Shown piece by piece: positions 30,761-41,473 of a DNA stretch of 64,000 bases; position 1 is the stretch's first letter, and the number at the start of each line of letters is the position of its first letter. The notes beneath the pieces were generated by a model. It searched no databases. It was not told where the DNA came from and was given only the letters and a program-made list of their open reading frames with translations. The stretch is from an uncultured Armatimonadetes bacterium (lineage in GTDB: Bacteria; Armatimonadota; UBA5829; DTJY01), in contig OY970325.1 in NCBI GenBank assembly GCA_963717145.1, forward strand, positions 2,272,001 to 2,336,000, read 5' to 3'. Both the position numbers and the translations under genes were made by a program.

Positions 30761-33121
30761 ATGCGCGTGACACTGCTTTTCTCTGCCATACTGCTCGGAC
30801 TCGCAGTCCAGTCCCTGGGCGCGACGATCCCTCATCCACGGCTCTTCTTCACGTCCGCCGACCTCCCGAGGATCCAGGAGTTCGGCTTCACCGCGGAGGA
30901 GATGCTGACCGAGACGCAAGTGACGGTCAAGTACTTCGGCGGGAAGGAGATCTCGTTCCCTGTCCCTCCACAGCAGCCGGGGAAGATCGAGGAGCCGCCG
31001 GGGTTCGACTACGAGAAGTTCGGCCACTACCCCTACTGGACGATGATGGCACGGACCGTCCAGCGCCGGATGCAGCCCCTCGCGCTGGCGTATGCCTCCA
31101 CCGGCAAGCCGGAGTACGCACGCCGGGCGGTGGACTATGCCCTCGCGCTGGCCGCGTGGCGCGAGTGGACCGACCTCGACTACGGCGAGAAGACGTGCCT
31201 CGACACCTGCCATCTGACGTTCGGAGTCGCAACGGTATACGACATGTGCTACGACTTCATGACCGAGGGCCAGCGGAAGACGATCCGCGAGGGTATGATC
31301 AGTCTCGGCCTCGAGCCGCTGCTCAGGGACATGGAGCCGACGAGCGAGCACAACATGCAGATGCTCCGCGCGTCGGCGCTCGGCGCGGGCGCCCTCGTGC
31401 TGCTCGGCGAGACCGACAGGGCGGAGACATACCTCGACTCCGCCAAGTCGTACTTCAAGTGGTTCCTCGACAGCCGCGCGGTCTCACAGAACATCGAAGG
31501 CATCGGATACCTCTCCTACGGCCTGGACAACTGCGTCACGTTCGCGGACCAACTTCATCGCGCCACGGGGGACGCCTCCCTCGTGAGCCATCCCTACCTC
31601 GACCAGGCGGTCAGGATGGCGATCTACTTCCAGGACCCCAAGGGCACGGGCCAGGTCAACTTTAGTGACTGCGGGATCGCCAACTACCTCACCATGCCCG
31701 CGAAGGTCCTGAACCGGTCGCTCGATCACGGTCCGGCGGGCTGGTATCTCCAGAAGTCGAAGCTGAAGTTCGACGAGGGATGGTCCGGTGCGATCTACGG
31801 AGGGCCGCTCGGCAAGGTCGAGTCGCCCGAGCACTGGCCGACCAGCGCCGTCTTCCGCCCGATCGACTGGGTCGCCCTTCGATCCGGCTGGAAGGAGAAC
31901 GACACGCTCCTCGCCTTCGTGAGCGGCAACTCGAAGATGGGCCACAACCACCGCGATCAGAACTCGATCATCCTCAACCACGCGGGAGAATGGCTGATCA
32001 CCGACGCCGGCTACAAGAGCTATGAGGGCGGCGCGAAGTCGTTCTACAGCACGAACACCGTCGGCCACAACAGCCTGCTCGTCGACGGCGAGGGGCAGGA
32101 CAAGCTCGGCGGTGGGAAGGTGACCTCCTTCTTCACGTCCGAGGTCTTCGACTACACCGTCGGCGACGCATCCGGCTCATACGATCCCGCCAGGCTCTCG
32201 AAGTTCGTCCGCCGGATTGCATACGTCAAGCCCGACTACTTCTTCATCCTCGACGAAGTCGCTTCCGAGGGGACGCCTCGCGACTTCGAGATCCTCCTTC
32301 ACACGGACACAAAGGGGAAGTACCTCTCCAATGACAGCGAAGTGAAGCCCGGCGACCTCCGCCTCAGTGATATCAAGATCGCCAAGGAGAACGCCTCCGT
32401 GGGCATCAAGCCTATGCTCCCGAGGGACAGGCAGATCAAGCTCACCGAGTACGAGGGCGCCGAGTCCTACGGCCCGTATCTCTCCATCTCGACCCGCGAC
32501 AAGACGCCCGCGGCGCAGTTCCTGACGCTGCTCTACCCGCTTACCATCGGGCAGAAGGTAGGCGGGTGTTGGGCGGTTGATGAGGGCGACGGCGCGATTG
32601 CAGTCGAGAGAAGCTGCATCGATCATGCAGACACGGTTGGCTTTCGGACCGGAGTTGGGAAGGCGAGGGCATTGTGGACTGACTTTATCGGTGACAGCTT
32701 CATGGTGCGCACAAAGGGGACTCTCGGGGCAGTTGGCTTTGCGCTGGCTAACGGCAGACTGCTCTACATGGACAGAGCGGCCTGGGCCGCATTCTATTAC
32801 GACCGGAAGTCCGAAACTACCGGCGAGAAACCGGAGGCGAGCATCCCCGACTACAGCCACCGGACGAGGCCCGCCGTTCCCAGCCAGACGCTGTTCACGT
32901 CCACCGTGGATGCGAGCATCGCCGTTTCGTATGGGGAACAGATCACCGCCGATGTCTCGATGAAGGAACGTGGAGATATCCGCTTCAGAGTCGCGGGGAA
33001 GCCAAAGAAGGTCACAGTGGATGGCAAGACCACGAGGGTCCGGTATGAGGAGGACGCCGAACTCCTCCTGCTGAACCTCCGCGCCGGGGAGCACAAGTTG
33101 CTGGTCGAGCCCAGCAACTGA
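30761..33121 (+). CDS. Heparinase II/III-like (DUF4962-type) polysaccharide lyase
   Basis: HPRLFF, LRSGW, GHNHRDQNS, DAGY, GHNSLLVDGEGQ. Confidence 0.85.
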   Translation: MRVTLLFSAILLGLAVQSLGATIPHPRLFFTSADLPRIQEFGFTAEEMLTETQVTVKYFGGKEISFPVPPQQPGKIEEPPGFDYEKFGHYPYWTMMARTVQRRMQPLALAYASTGKPEYARRAVDYALALAAWREWTDLDYGEKTCLDTCHLTFGVATVYDMCYDFMTEGQRKTIREGMISLGLEPLLRDMEPTSEHNMQMLRASALGAGALVLLGETDRAETYLDSAKSYFKWFLDSRAVSQNIEGIGYLSYGLDNCVTFADQLHRATGDASLVSHPYLDQAVRMAIYFQDPKGTGQVNFSDCGIANYLTMPAKVLNRSLDHGPAGWYLQKSKLKFDEGWSGAIYGGPLGKVESPEHWPTSAVFRPIDWVALRSGWKENDTLLAFVSGNSKMGHNHRDQNSIILNHAGEWLITDAGYKSYEGGAKSFYSTNTVGHNSLLVDGEGQDKLGGGKVTSFFTSEVFDYTVGDASGSYDPARLSKFVRRIAYVKPDYFFILDEVASEGTPRDFEILLHTDTKGKYLSNDSEVKPGDLRLSDIKIAKENASVGIKPMLPRDRQIKLTEYEGAESYGPYLSISTRDKTPAAQFLTLLYPLTIGQKVGGCWAVDEGDGAIAVERSCIDHADTVGFRTGVGKARALWTDFIGDSFMVRTKGTLGAVGFALANGRLLYMDRAAWAAFYYDRKSETTGEKPEASIPDYSHRTRPAVPSQTLFTSTVDASIAVSYGEQITADVSMKERGDIRFRVAGKPKKVTVDGKTTRVRYEEDAELLLLNLRAGEHKLLVEPSN

Positions 33122-33197
33122 TCCCTTCCGCCAACGACCACCGCTCTGCTCCGGGTTTTCTCCGTGTCCTCCGTGCCTCCGTGGTTCTATCGACATG

Positions 33198-33248
33198 GCC
33201 GCCCTTCGTTACATGCCGTCATTCACCGGCATACTCAGGGCTGACGGT
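33198..33248. repeat. Solo arm of the 30597 palindrome family
   Basis: GCCGCCCTTCGTTACATGCCGTCATTCACCGGCATACTCAGGGCTGACGGT matches 30661-30711. Confidence 0.85.
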
Positions 33249-33250
33249 TG

Positions 33251-34537
33251 CTAGAGGCGGGAGATAGAGCCGGAGAGGATCGGGAGCGACGTCCCGCCCT
33301 TGCGGATCACCATGACCGAGGCGTCGGGACCCTTGATGCCGAACGCGAGGTCGAGCGCCTCCTGGGGGCTCGATGCGTGCAGGAATCCGAGGCGCTCCTT
33401 ATGCTCCCGGGGGATCCCCGGCGAGACGAGGATGCCCGTCCCCTCATCCCGGATCACCCGCCCCACCCTCACGAGATGCGCCGCCACGATCTTGTCGCGG
33501 ATGACCCCGCTTTCGACGAGAGCAATCGTCTCGTGAGAGGGCCGATACCCCTCCTGGCGGATCAAGGGGTGGGCCTGCGAGACACCTTCCGGACAGGGGC
33601 TCACCAGGATCGCGACCCCATCCTTCTTGACCGCCAGCTCACCCGCGTAGAGCGCCTTCGCCGCCTGCCAAAGCTCGATGTCCATCGGGTACGAGTCGAT
33701 CAGCAGGATGTCCGCCGGCTCGGGGAATTCGAAGCCGTAGACCTGACGCGACAGGCGCGCGCCCGCTCGATGAGCCGCCACGGGATCGCCGACGAAGAGG
33801 TCGATCAGCCGCCCATCCGCGTCACAGACCGCGTTGGCGATCATGGAGAGCCCCACCCGCGCCGCGACCTGCTCGATTCCCAGCCTGATCGGATTGTCAG
33901 CGACTCCGAGGATCTCGCGACCGGTGTAAAGCGCGCTCCGCCAGTGAGTCTCGGCGGTCGTCTCCGCGCCGCAGATCCCCGGCTGGATGATCTTCCCGCC
34001 GCCGCTGAAGCCGGCGATCCGGTGCGGGACGATCTGCCCGATCCCGAAGATGAAGTCGGCGTCGTTCGCAAGGCTGTTGACCCGGATCGGTATGCCCGAC
34101 TCGGTCACCCCCAGGTCGATGAGCTGATCGTCGTTCCGCCATTCGTGGTTGACGATGCGGTATCGCCCCAGGATCTCCTCCCCGAACTTGAACGCCATCT
34201 CGCGGTCGGTCATCGGCCGATGCGTGCCGAGCGCGACCAGGATTGTGACGTGGGCATGAGAGATTCCGGCGGACTCCAACTCAGGAAGCAGGATCTCCAG
34301 GATGCCCCTCACCGGCGTCTTCCGGGTGTAGTCGTCGGTGATGACGAGCGCGTTGCGAGCGCCCGACGCGGCCTCGCGAACGGATGGGCAGCCGATCGGA
34401 CCGGCGAACGCCCGGCGGATGATCTCCCCCTCCGACGCCGGCGGCTCCACGACCGGCGGCTCGAAGACGCCGATCAGGTTCGCATCCGGCACATCGACCG
34501 GCGGTATGTCCTCGTAGTACGGGAATTCGACTCTCAT
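33251..34537 (-). CDS. LarA-family nickel-pincer racemase/epimerase
   Basis: DYTRKTP, ALGTHR, PHRIAGFSGGGK, QAAKAL. Confidence 0.88.
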   Translation of the reverse strand: MRVEFPYYEDIPPVDVPDANLIGVFEPPVVEPPASEGEIIRRAFAGPIGCPSVREAASGARNALVITDDYTRKTPVRGILEILLPELESAGISHAHVTILVALGTHRPMTDREMAFKFGEEILGRYRIVNHEWRNDDQLIDLGVTESGIPIRVNSLANDADFIFGIGQIVPHRIAGFSGGGKIIQPGICGAETTAETHWRSALYTGREILGVADNPIRLGIEQVAARVGLSMIANAVCDADGRLIDLFVGDPVAAHRAGARLSRQVYGFEFPEPADILLIDSYPMDIELWQAAKALYAGELAVKKDGVAILVSPCPEGVSQAHPLIRQEGYRPSHETIALVESGVIRDKIVAAHLVRVGRVIRDEGTGILVSPGIPREHKERLGFLHASSPQEALDLAFGIKGPDASVMVIRKGGTSLPILSGSISRL

Positions 34538-34560
34538 GACCTCGACATCCGCCCTGGAAT

Positions 34561-34749
34561 GTGCGTCACTTTCCTTGGAAAGTAGCGTATCTCCCACGGT
34601 TGGTAGCGTACCATCCTCGGTTAGCGCGTTACCTTCCACGGTTAGCGCGCTACTTCCCTGGGTCAGTGCGTTACTTCCCTGGGTCAGTGCGTTACTTCCC
34701 TGGGTCAGTGCGCTACTTCCCGAGGGAAGTAGCGTATCTCCCGAGGGTA
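34561..34749. repeat. Degenerate 21-bp tandem repeat, 9 units
   Basis: Consensus approximately GTGCGTTACTTCCCTGGGTCA. Confidence 0.9.
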
Positions 34750-34760
34750 ACGACGCCGCG

Positions 34761-35735
34761 CTAGATCCGGATGACCTCGATCTTCGACGGATCGTTCGTC
34801 CCGACCCCGCGCTTGGCGGCGGACACGAGCGTCTTCTCGGCCTTGTGCGCCACCGACTGCATGCCGACTTCCTTGCGCCGCGCCTCGATGATCTCGTATG
34901 CCTGCAGGTCGACCGCCACCGGATCGGTGCCCACCATCAGCGAGTGGAACTCCCACTGCGCCGAGGGATTCCTTCTCGGACCACCGTCGGCCTGGGGCTT
35001 GAGCAGATCGGCGACGATCAGCCGCGTCTTGTCCTTGATCTGCGGGATTGCGTTCAAATCGGCAAGATACGGATCGCAGTTATTGCCGTGATGGTCGCCG
35101 GGATTGTGGAACGAGCCGTAGTGGTTCTTGAGGGCGCACGAGATGCCCGCGCCTCCGTGATCCTTGACCAGCGGCATGTTGATCAGCGCGGTGATTCGGT
35201 CGAACACCTTCGAGACCTTGCCGTGGAAGGAGCCGCTCTCCACATCCTTGCCCCAGTCGCCATCGTCCGAGTGATAGATGACGCCCGGCCCGGTCTTGTT
35301 CGGCGTGAAGCCGCACTGGGTCAGGTCCTTTGCGGCGCGGTCCCAGACGATGATGTTCTCCGGCTTGACGCCCGCGGAGGCGAGTCCGGCGATCACGGCG
35401 TTCACGAACTCCGGCCTGGTCGAGACCGAGGGACCGAAGAGGCCGTTTATCTTGATGCCGACGACATCGTCGGGCTTGAAGAGCGACTTCCATGCGCCCG
35501 CGCCGCTCTTCGAGGTCAGCTTGGCCATCGCCTTGCCGAGCACCTGCTCGATCTCCTTCTGGTCGACGGCGTCGCCCTTGAGCATCGAAGTGCTCCGGGC
35601 GATCACGACCCTCGTCTTCGCCGGCGCGTCCCTGGCGACGCCCTCCGCGGCCTCCAGCAATCCCGGCAGGCCGGCGATCAGCGTGCCGCCGATCGCGGCC
35701 TGCTTCAGGAACTCTCTCCGTGTTGTCTTCGTCAT
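34761..35735 (-). CDS. DUF362 protein with Tat signal peptide
   Basis: TRREFLK; VGIKIN; INMPLVKDH...ALKNHYG; DPVAVD. Confidence 0.85.
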   Translation of the reverse strand: MTKTTRREFLKQAAIGGTLIAGLPGLLEAAEGVARDAPAKTRVVIARSTSMLKGDAVDQKEIEQVLGKAMAKLTSKSGAGAWKSLFKPDDVVGIKINGLFGPSVSTRPEFVNAVIAGLASAGVKPENIIVWDRAAKDLTQCGFTPNKTGPGVIYHSDDGDWGKDVESGSFHGKVSKVFDRITALINMPLVKDHGGAGISCALKNHYGSFHNPGDHHGNNCDPYLADLNAIPQIKDKTRLIVADLLKPQADGGPRRNPSAQWEFHSLMVGTDPVAVDLQAYEIIEARRKEVGMQSVAHKAEKTLVSAAKRGVGTNDPSKIEVIRI

Positions 35736-35802
35736 TCGGTGTTACTCCTTACTTTCCAGGGGTAGGGGTTACACTCCCATACTCCCATACTCCCATACTC
35801 TG

Positions 35803-36798
35803 CTACCATACCTCGTCCTTGGGCTCGCGGTTCATCAGATCGGCGAGCGCGGCCCGGGGAGGCTTGCCTTCGAAGAGGACGCAGTGCATCTGCTCGGTGA
35901 TCGGCATCGGTGTGTCCATCTCCCGAGCGAGTCGATGCGCGGCTCGTGTGGTGGGGACGCCCTCCGCGACCTGCCCGATCTCGGCGAGCACATCGTCGAG
36001 ATTGCCCCCGAGTCCGAGTCCGATGCCGACGCGATGATTGCGGCTGAGCGGACTCGCGCAGGTGACTATGAGGTCGCCGATTCCCGCAAGGCCCATGAAG
36101 GTTGCCTGCTGCGCGCCCATCCTGACGCCAAGTCGGGTGATCTCCGCGAGACCTCTCGTGAGAAGCGCGGCCTTCGTATTGTCCCCGAAGCCCATTCCGT
36201 CGCAGATGCCCGCCGCGATGGCGATGATGTTCTTGAGCGCGCCGGCGAGTTCGACGCCGAATATGTCGGAATTCGTGTAGACCCTGAGCGAGGGAGACAT
36301 GAGCAGGTTCTGCGCAAGTCGAGCGACATCTTCATCGACGGAAGCGACTACGGTGGCTGTCGGGACGCCTTTCGCGATCTCAGCGGCGATGTTCGGGCCC
36401 GACAGCGCGACGATCGGATTCCTTCCGCCGAGCACCGAATCGAGCAAGCGGGACATCGTGACGCACGACTCACCGATGAGGCCCTTCGTCGCGCTGATGA
36501 TCGGTACGCCGCCCCTGACCGATTCCCTCAAGAGCGAGGCGACTTCGACAGCGCCTTCCGAGCGGACTACGAAGACGACCATCTCAGCGCCACGAACCGC
36601 GTCGGGCACGGAGGTTGTTATGCGGATCGAGTCGGGGAGCGTGTATCCGGGAAGAAACGCGTTCTCCCGTGTCCGTATCATCTCCTCGGCCTGCTTCGAG
36701 TCATAGACCCAGAGGCCGACCTCGCTGCCCTTATCGGCGAGCATCAGGGAGAGCGCCGTGCCCCAGTTTCCCGCCCCAAGTACCGCGATCCTGCTCAT
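35803..36798 (-). CDS. gpsA: NAD(P)H-dependent glycerol-3-phosphate dehydrogenase
   Basis: GAGNWGTAL, LSGPNIA, GALKNIIA, GIGDLIVTC.SRN. Confidence 0.96.
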   Translation of the reverse strand: MSRIAVLGAGNWGTALSLMLADKGSEVGLWVYDSKQAEEMIRTRENAFLPGYTLPDSIRITTSVPDAVRGAEMVVFVVRSEGAVEVASLLRESVRGGVPIISATKGLIGESCVTMSRLLDSVLGGRNPIVALSGPNIAAEIAKGVPTATVVASVDEDVARLAQNLLMSPSLRVYTNSDIFGVELAGALKNIIAIAAGICDGMGFGDNTKAALLTRGLAEITRLGVRMGAQQATFMGLAGIGDLIVTCASPLSRNHRVGIGLGLGGNLDDVLAEIGQVAEGVPTTRAAHRLAREMDTPMPITEQMHCVLFEGKPPRAALADLMNREPKDEVW

Positions 36799-36835
36799 TC
36801 ATTACTCCGGTGTGGAATCGACAAGCGTCCTACGC

Positions 36836-36899
36836 GTAGTGGCCGTGCCTCAGTGCCGGCCTCGAATGTTGCTGGCCGGCACTGAGGCACGGCCACTGC
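36836..36899. repeat. GTAGTGGCC-type REP doublet
   Basis: Inverted pair; second copy at 42642-42706. Confidence 0.85.
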
Positions 36900-37043
36900 A
36901 TTACAGTACGAGAAGTGTGCTGCCCGATTATAGCACCGGGCGAACCACCTCGCAAGCATAAGTATTCGGCTGTGCTGCATCGGCGGAAATGGGAGCGAAA
37001 TGCCGAATTCGAACGTATATATACTTGGGTGTCGCGGCGTTCC

Positions 37044-37073
37044 TTGACACGGCGACGCCGCCGGACCTATAAT
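37044..37073 (+). promoter_or_regulatory. Consensus sigma70 promoter of PBP1A
   Basis: TTGACA-18 bp-TATAAT. Confidence 0.75.
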
Positions 37074-37098
37074 CGGCACGAGTGGAGGGGTTTTATTC

Positions 37099-39376
37099 AT
37101 GCGCGGGCGGGAACGAAGACGCACCCGGCGGCCTTTTCGAAGGCGGCTCCGGGTTTTCCTCATGTATATGGAGATCCTGGCGCTCGTGCTGCTTGGCGTA
37201 ATGCTTCTGAGCGTCGCCTGGGCGTTCTACAGCCTCTCGAAGAACCTCCCTTCCGGCCTCGACGTCGCAAAGTATTCCCCTACAGAGGCAACCAAGATCA
37301 TCTCGAGCTGACGGGGTCGTCCTCGCGAACGTCTACGAGGAGAACCGCGAGGTCGTGCCGATAACCGACATCCCCGCCGATCTCCAGCATGCGACGGTGG
37401 CAATCGAGGACAGCCGTTTCTACAATCATGTGGGCATCGACTTGCGCGGCATCGGTCGCGCGGTCGTACAGAACCTGCGAACCGGCCGCGTATCCCAGGG
37501 CGGGAGCACACTCACGCAGCAACTGGCCAGGAACGTCTATCTCACCCGTGAGAAAAAGCTCTCCAGGAAGCTGCAGGAGATCATCCTCGCCCTCAAGATC
37601 GAACGCAACTTCTCGAAAGAGCAGATCCTCGAGCTGTATCTGAACCAGGTCTTCTACGGCAGCGGCGCATACGGCGTTCAGACCGCCTCCAATATCTACT
37701 TCGGCAAGAACGTCAAGGACCTGACACTCGCGGAGTGCGCCCTGATCGCCGGCCTTCCGCAGAAACCGTCAGTGTATAGCCCTCACGAGAACCTTGATGA
37801 GGCGGTTGATCGGCGTGACGTAGTCCTGAGGCGCATGGAGGAACTCGGCTACATCACGGACAAGCAGTGCGAGTCGGCCCTGCAAGAGAAGGTACAACTC
37901 GCTGAGTTGAAGGCGAGAGGAATCGCCAAGTACAAGGCTCCGTCGTTCGTCACCTACGTCATCAAGGAGGTCACGAAGGTCCTCGGGCCGGATCAGGTCT
38001 ACCGAGGCGGTTTGAGGATCTACACAACCCTCAACTATGAGATGCAGGAGACGGCAGAGCGGGCTCTCAGAGAGGGCGTGGCGAGATCGAAGTATGGGAA
38101 CGTCAGCCAGGGAGCCCTGATATCGATCGATCCGCAGACGGGCTTCATCAAGGCGATGGTCGGCGGTGTCAATCCGGACTTTACGAAGGATCAGTTCAAC
38201 CGGGCGGTACAGGCCAAGAGACAACCGGGTTCCTCTTTCAAGGCTTTCGTCTATACCGCCGCAATCGACAACGGATACGATCCGTACTACCGCGTCTCGA
38301 ACTCGCGAATCACGTTCAACTCAGCCGGCTCGAAGCCGTGGACTCCCAAGAACTACAATGGGCGCTACGGCGGCACTTACTCTCTCACGCAGGCGGTCGC
38401 ACAGTCCATCAACATTGTCGCGGTCCGAGTGGCAGACAAGATCGGCATCGACGAGGTGATCAAGTATGCGCATCTGTGCGGCATCCAGTCTGACCTGCCG
38501 AGAAATCTCTCGCTGGCGCTCGGATCAGCGGTCGTCAGCCCGCTCGAGATCACCTCGGCCTACGGGGTATTCGCCGCACGAGGGATGAGAGCCGAACCGG
38601 TGGCGATCCTGAAGATCACCGACCGTGACGGCAGCGTTATCAAGGAGAACTCCTCCCAGCCGGTTCAGGTGCTCAGCCAGCAGACCGCGGACACGATGAG
38701 CGAGATGTTCCGCGCGGTAGTCACCTCGGGCACCGGGCGCAGAGTCCGCTACACCATCCCAAACGCTCACGGCAAGACCGGGACGACGAACGACGACAGG
38801 GACGCATGGTGGGTGGGTTATACGCCGGAACTGGTGACCGGAGTCTGGATCGGCAACGACAACTACGCCCCGATGAGAAACATCTGGGGCAGCACCGGCT
38901 GTCTGCCGATCTGGGAAGAGTTCATGAAGAAGGGCATCGAGGTCTATAAGCGAGAGCATGCTCCGAAAGGCGAGACGGCCTCAACCGCATCCCCGTCCGA
39001 GGACCGGAGCGACCGAGATCGGCGAAAGAATGACACTGAGCAGGATTCAGGGTCGCAGGCAATGATCACAATCTGCGCACAGAGCGGAGAACTCGCGTCG
39101 CCCAACTGCACGACAACGTATCAGGTCAAGCGAAGCGCGGCGACGGCTCAACTCGGTAGCTGCTCGATCCATGCACGGCGCCATGAGGAAACTCCGCCGG
39201 TTCCGCACGTAAACACGCCCGCTCCGACGGACAACCGGGACGAGTATGTGGCCCTGCCGATCTGTTCGGATTCCGGTCGGATAGCAACCATCTACTGTCC
39301 CGAGTGGAGAACGCATCGGTTCAAAGCGGGTGAAGCTCCCTCCCAGATCTGCACCACTCACCGGCCGAGGGAGTAG
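37099..39376 (+). CDS. Class A penicillin-binding protein (PBP1A family); frameshift near 37308
   Basis: EDSRFYNH, GGSTLTQQLARN, SSFK, SIN, KTG. The TM anchor lies in ORF 37099..37311. Confidence 0.92.
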
Positions 39377-39470
39377 GGGCGATCCTTCCACGGTCGCCCG
39401 TCCGTCGTCCGTAGGGGCGATCCTTCCACGGTCGCCCGGGGGACGGGAGGCCGTTGAAGGCCTCCCCTAC
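39373..39470. repeat. GTAG REP cluster between convergent genes
   Basis: Three units; the terminal GTAGs coincide with both stop codons. Confidence 0.9.
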
Positions 39471-40258
39471 CGCAAGAGGCTCAGCAGGATGATCCCGAGG
39501 CCAAAGACGACACGGTATCCCACGAAAAGATCCGTGCTCCGCTCCCGCAAGTATGACATCAGGAAGCCGATACACAGGTAGCCCACGACCGCTGATGTCG
39601 CAATCCCAGCGATGAACGGCAGCATTTCGCCCCCAAGAGCACTTCGCAGCGCGTCCGGCAGCTCATGCACCGCCGCGCCCAGGATGATCGGCGCTCCCAG
39701 CAGGAACGAGAACCGCGCGGCCGCATCCCTCTGCAGACCGCATGCCAGACCCGCAGTAATCGTTATCCCTGAGCGCGAAACACCGGGCACGATCGCCAGG
39801 GCCTGCGCGACCCCGATGATCAACCAGTCGGCAAGAGTAACCGACTCGGCCACACGGCGCTTTGCACCGAGCCTGTCAGCGACAAAGAGCAGTATGCCGA
39901 GGCTGATCGTCACTATCCCCACGAGCAGGAAGCTCGATCGCACCTGGTCCTCGATAGTGTGCTCGAGGAAATACCCGGCGACCGCCGCGGGTATGCTGGC
40001 GATGATGATCGGCCATAGGAGCATGCGCTTCTTGTTCGACCGCGTGAATGCTCCACTCAGCAGCCCGTACCAGTCGCGCCAGAAATACGCGAGTAGCGCA
40101 AACAGCGTGCCGAGGTGGAGAGCGACGTCGAAGGTCAGGCCGAACGGCTTCCACTTGAACAACCAGGGAATCACTATGAGGTGTGCGGAACTGCTGATGG
40201 GGATGAACTCGGTCAATCCTTGGATGGCGCCGAGGATGATTGCTTGTATTGTGTCCAC
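39467..40258 (-). CDS. uppP: Undecaprenyl-diphosphatase
   Basis: QGLTEFIPISSSAHL, PGVSRSGIT, AARFSFLL. Confidence 0.96.
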   Translation of the reverse strand: MDTIQAIILGAIQGLTEFIPISSSAHLIVIPWLFKWKPFGLTFDVALHLGTLFALLAYFWRDWYGLLSGAFTRSNKKRMLLWPIIIASIPAAVAGYFLEHTIEDQVRSSFLLVGIVTISLGILLFVADRLGAKRRVAESVTLADWLIIGVAQALAIVPGVSRSGITITAGLACGLQRDAAARFSFLLGAPIILGAAVHELPDALRSALGGEMLPFIAGIATSAVVGYLCIGFLMSYLRERSTDLFVGYRVVFGLGIILLSLLR

Positions 40259-40291
40259 TGAGTTCCTTGCTGTTCCTTCAACTCCCAAATC

Positions 40292-40361
40292 CTACTCGTA
40301 CTCCTAATCGTAATCGTACTCGAAAGGCCGCCGAGTACGATTAGGATTAGGAGTACGAGTA
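40292..40361. repeat. Hexamer tandem repeats in inverted arrangement
   Basis: (TACTCG/TAATCG)n ... (CGAGTA/GGATTA)n. Confidence 0.75.
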
Positions 40362-40368
40362 GGATTCG

Positions 40369-41466
40369 CTAACCGGCGTTGTTGAGACCCCACACCCGCA
40401 GTTCTTTCGGCTTGATGATGTAGTAGCGGATGAGGGTGCGGATGATCGCCGCGACCGGGGCGGCGAGGAACATGCCCAGGAGTCCGAAGAACTCCGCGCC
40501 GATCAACAGCACAATGATCACGAGCGCCGGATGCAGTTCCATGCGATGGCCGATCAGCTTGGGCATGATGAACTTGCTCTCGACGAAGTGCAGAGCCGCG
40601 AAGAATATGAGCATGTACAGACCGAGCATCGGCGACTGTATCGTGGCCAGCAAGACGATGACGATGCCTGCGACAATCGGTCCGACGATGGGAACGGCAC
40701 GGGTGATGCCGGACAGGATGCTGAGCAGGGCCACGTATGGCATCCGGACGATGCTCAGAACCGCCGCGACCACAAGGGCAGCGATTACGCAGAGTATGAT
40801 CTGACCGATCACGTAACTGCGCATCACGCAGTTCACCTCATGCAGGATCGCGAGGGCCTCGCGCCGCACTCGTCTCGGGGCAAGAGCGACGAACTCGCGC
40901 TTGAGCGACCGGCTGTCGAGCGTGAAATAGAACGCCAGGACCGGGATGAGCAGCACTTCCACGACATGGCTCAACCAGTTGACGGTCTTCTCGAAGACGG
41001 ACTCCGAGAACCCGATCACCCGATCCTGAAGCTTGCTCAGGTTGTCAGTGCTGAGCAGTTTCTGCAGGTCCGGTGAGAGCGTGCCATACCAGGTCTGCAT
41101 ACCGGACATCATCTCATCCAACTGAGCGAGGTAGCTGCCGAAGTTGTTCCTTAGGCCGGTCATCTCGATGCCGACCCGACCGAAGAACGCGAGCATGAAG
41201 CTCACACCGAGACTGATCAGCAGGATGAACACGAGGACGGTCACGGCAACACGCTGGGTCCGACGCCTCATGCCACGCACGCGATACAGGCACAGGAGAT
41301 CGACCAGCGGTAGGATGGCGTAGGTCAGCACCGCCGCGAGCAGCACTGCCACTATGACGGCTCTTACCCGATAGAGGAAGTATGCGATGCCGACCAGGAG
41401 CACGAGACGCAGCCCGACTCCCCATATCAGTTCGAAGATCGTCTCGACTCGCGATTTCGGTTCCAT
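40369..41466 (-). CDS. AI-2E family transporter
   Basis: YVIGQI, VPIVGP, ELHP...GLLGMFLAAP. Confidence 0.9.
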   Translation of the reverse strand: MEPKSRVETIFELIWGVGLRLVLLVGIAYFLYRVRAVIVAVLLAAVLTYAILPLVDLLCLYRVRGMRRRTQRVAVTVLVFILLISLGVSFMLAFFGRVGIEMTGLRNNFGSYLAQLDEMMSGMQTWYGTLSPDLQKLLSTDNLSKLQDRVIGFSESVFEKTVNWLSHVVEVLLIPVLAFYFTLDSRSLKREFVALAPRRVRREALAILHEVNCVMRSYVIGQIILCVIAALVVAAVLSIVRMPYVALLSILSGITRAVPIVGPIVAGIVIVLLATIQSPMLGLYMLIFFAALHFVESKFIMPKLIGHRMELHPALVIIVLLIGAEFFGLLGMFLAAPVAAIIRTLIRYYIIKPKELRVWGLNNAG

Positions 41467-41473
41467 CGATGCC

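Noticed and set aside
34561-34749. CRISPR array
   Set aside because: Contiguous 21-bp units with no unique spacers, and no cas genes.
37008-37026. LexA box CGAAC...
   Set aside because: The second half-site is missing.
37305-37315. Selenocysteine/readthrough TGA in PBP1A
   Set aside because: The continuation is in a different frame, so this is a frameshift.
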